From Heteronotia binoei (taxonomy: Eukaryota): a stretch of DNA of 64,000 nucleotides. The translations under genes were made by a program, and so were the position numbers. The stretch is from contig NC_083225.1 in the NCBI RefSeq assembly GCF_032191835.1, positions 149,730,001 through 149,794,000 of the forward strand. The letters are read 5' to 3'. Below are positions 61,035 to 64,000 of the stretch, piece after piece (positions within the stretch are counted from its first letter, which is position 1; each line of letters begins with the position of its first letter). The notes under the pieces are model-generated. The model had not been told where the DNA came from and made no database searches. It was given only the letters and a program-made list of their open reading frames with translations.

Positions 61035-62375
61035 TGAAACCAGGTTGCCTTGAGTCTAAAATTCTAAAAGACTAAAATTTTATTACAACCTGCTCTAATG
61101 TTATTGTAATGTTATACATACACATATTAAAGTGCTGAAAAGTGCTTTGCTTGCATATTATGTCTCAGGTTCTGCAAGTTAAGCCAGCAAAGCAATCCTT
61201 AGCTAAAGCTAAACACCTGGGGGTGAGTCTTTTGCAAAGTGCCAGTGGGCAGTGACCCTTGTTCAGAGACATTTTTGGGAACCTCTGGGAATTTGCAGCT
61301 GTCTTCTCAGGAAAAACAACAATCCCCACCTCCACTCCCATTCTTCATTTTGCATCTGTCAGGGCCTCTAATCTAAGTCCCTTGATACAGCCATGTTGAA
61401 AAGCCATTTTCATTCTCTAAGAACTCCCAGGATAGTATTACAGTGAAAGGGAGAAAGAAATAAAAACATATAGGTGTTCCTGGTTTTAGATCTGAAATTT
61501 ATGTTGTTTGGTTTTAAATTGCATTGTGAACCAACCACCTTGGGGACCAGATGTGGCACAGGGTAATGTAGAAATTCACTAAATAAATACAGAATAGTTC
61601 AGTATAGTGTATGGTGTGATGTTTGTTTAACATGTATTGTATGTGTGCAACAGAAAAAGAGAAAACAAGAACACCGTGCATACTAGTTGTGTTGGAGTTA
61701 CTTGCTGGCTTGTTGCTAGAAAAGAACTGAAGAAGAATGTGTGTGATTTACGTGATATGAGCATTTCCAGACTATATTTGTGTGTGATCAGAAATAGGAA
61801 TGAGAGCACCGGACCACTGACTATCTACAAGCTTAGGATGCCAGTCTCAGGGCTGATTGCTTGTTTCTCACATGGATTGGCAAGAACAGCATCGTGGTAC
61901 AGCTACTTCATTGGTAGCATTGAATACCTGAAACAGGAGGTACGTCCTTCTTCTTTGAGATACTTCCTGTAACACACTACTGTCAATACACCAAATGGTA
62001 GGGTAGGTTGAACCCAGAGCAAAATATCCACTGACTCTAGAACTCTCACGCAAGTGAAAACACAAGAGAAAGACCAAGTTAGCCGCTTGCAGTAAGCCAG
62101 ACTTTACTGTATCCCACTTGTGTTTCTGCTTTAGCAAGATCATGGGCAACCAATTTCTGGGCACTATGATATGTAGGGAGGAAAGGGCTAGATCTTGTGC
62201 AAGTGGAACCATGGTAAGTTTGCTTATGTTTCTGCTTGCACATTGCTGAATCCAAGCCAGTGTATGGAAGCCTCCTAAGCTGGGTTTGTACCCATTTCTG
62301 ATTGAAGAGATTTGCTGACATTCTCCATGAAGTATATCAGCTACTAAGACAAAGTTTACTGGATACTAATAAATG

Positions 62376-62541
62376 CAGGCCTTGAATTCAGCAGGAGCTC
62401 ACAGGAGCACAGCTCCTGAACCTTTCTGAGGGTTCCCCCTCGTCCTCCCCACCTACTTACCTTGTCCATTGAATAATAGGTGCAGCTGCATAACAATCCC
62501 TGGATGAGCTCCACCACCTATTTTTCTACAAATGACCCCTG
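62376..62541. mobile_element. hAT MITE, 166 bp
   Basis: Termini caggcc / acccctg and perfect 8-bp TSD aataaatg (62368-62375, 62542-62549). Confidence 0.82.
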
Positions 62542-64000
62542 AATAAATGAACTCTACATTCAGCACTTTTGTAATTTTAAATTAGACAAATTGAGGAGTA
62601 TCTCATATCCTGCTTTGAATTGAAAGAGGTTCCCTATTTTTGTTTGTTTTTGTTTCCTGGCCATGGAAGTTACAGCTTTCCTTAGTTTTGTTACTGATGG
62701 CGTGATGGTAACATGGAGTGGTTGTAGACTTGAGAGTGTGTTTGTTTCTAGCTTAGCATAATGCTTTCTGTCCAAGGCTCTTAGTCCCTTATGAAACAGA
62801 ACGTCTGAAGATCACATTGCAAATCACCAGCGGCATAATGTGTGAGGCAAATATATATTTTTCTCACCATGAATATGTGCTGAAGGAAGCCACAGTTGGA
62901 TCAGTCTTCCTACATATAGTGTACCTGTGTTGAAAGAAGCACTTCATGCATTACTGCCTTAGAGATTTGTATTGAAGGCAAAATATAAATATTTTGATAT
63001 TCTTGAAGATGTGAGACAGCTGTTAACTACCCATGTTACTTTTTTAAAGAGAAAGGTGTGCTCTCCCACATCACTGCTGTGTTAACAGGCTTGATAAACA
63101 GTAATGTGTGAAACACTATGCATGTTAACAACATGGCTAAGAATATGGTTAAGAACAGTAGTTGCAGAGTTTGTAGATGTGTTTCAAAGACATAGCTGTA
63201 TACTAATTTCAGCTTAATTTTTCATTATCTCATAACCTGGTGTTGCTGAGAAAAGACGGCACCCAGCTCCTGAGAAAGTTTTGGTAACTTCTGGCATTTT
63301 AATTTACTAATATTATTACACTGTTGTGTGGGATGCCTCTCCAGATGAACATGACATTCCTTTTTTTCTCTCTATTGCCATTTGCTTTCATTATCGGTGA
63401 GGGAGTCATTTTTTTGTCTAAGAACTGAAAAAAATGGTCTTTGTTTTACTGATTAAGCATTTGGAGGGAAAGTGGTGACCTGACTGAGCAGAGGGATAGC
63501 AATTTTATGAACAATCTCAGAAGCCATCAACCAGGCTTCGCCCTCAAAGGCCATTCTTACCCTCTGTGAAACAAGCTTTCTTTGGAGTTATCTTTTCCTT
63601 TTACAAGCAGGTCTTTTAATAGAAGAAAATTTTGTTGTTTTCCATCTGCAAAGAAATCCTCCCCCCCCCCAGGAGCTTGGATTGCAGAAGTGTTGGGCTG
63701 CCCCCTCCCCTTTATGCTCATTGGCTCAGATGCTGTTTCTTTTTCTTTTTTAAACTCACTCTGGATCAGCTTTTGTGCAAACACATCTTTGCCAGTTCTG
63801 GAGACTTTGCCTTGGCTCAGGGATCCAAATATGGCTGTGATGAATTCAGACCACCAGGATGCACAGTAATTTTTCTGATTCTAGTTTATATTTTGTTGAT
63901 CAGAGAAATATGTGAACAGCCAGGCTCTTTCAGTTCTAGTTCTCTTTCCCCTTCTGTCTTATTTTCTGTGTTGCTTAATATTTTCTCCCATAAAAAAGGG

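Noticed and set aside
57182-64000. Next BOC exon (Ig2, expected to begin near NLQDF...DEGNTAVIAC)
   Set aside because: Not found in any frame I could read; it presumably lies beyond the window.

Overview
Eukaryotic vertebrate DNA, most likely a squamate reptile and probably a gecko (inferred from the SINE, MITE, CR1 and L1 repertoire). The window holds the 5' part of one protein-coding gene on the + strand, BOC (Brother of CDO, Hedgehog co-receptor). It shows a CpG-island promoter with candidate non-coding first exon(s) at ~10.0-11.5 kb, a ~45 kb 5'-UTR intron region, the start-codon/signal-peptide exon (55999-56178) and the first Ig-domain exon (56903-57181). The gene runs off the right end. 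The rest is intergenic or intronic DNA dense in transposon relics: two L1 copies upstream (one with both ends and a 14-bp TSD but an internal deletion), two CR1 copies (one with an intact 468-aa RT ORF), an L2 3' end, a Gypsy-type solo LTR nested in a SINE, 5S-derived and tRNA-derived SINEs, and at least ten hAT-type MITEs, many with 8-bp TSDs. Nearly all other ORFs in the supplied track are TE remnants or chance ORFs. I see no clearly new biological system. The best leads are a uORF whose stop overlaps the BOC start codon, inverted SINEs flanking the two coding exons (a circRNA configuration), three consensus splice donors plus a possible 9-nt microexon in the promoter island, an internal CR1 fragment captured between 30-bp direct repeats, and the internally deleted, tail-less L1. 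Family names are assigned from recalled consensus features, not database searches.
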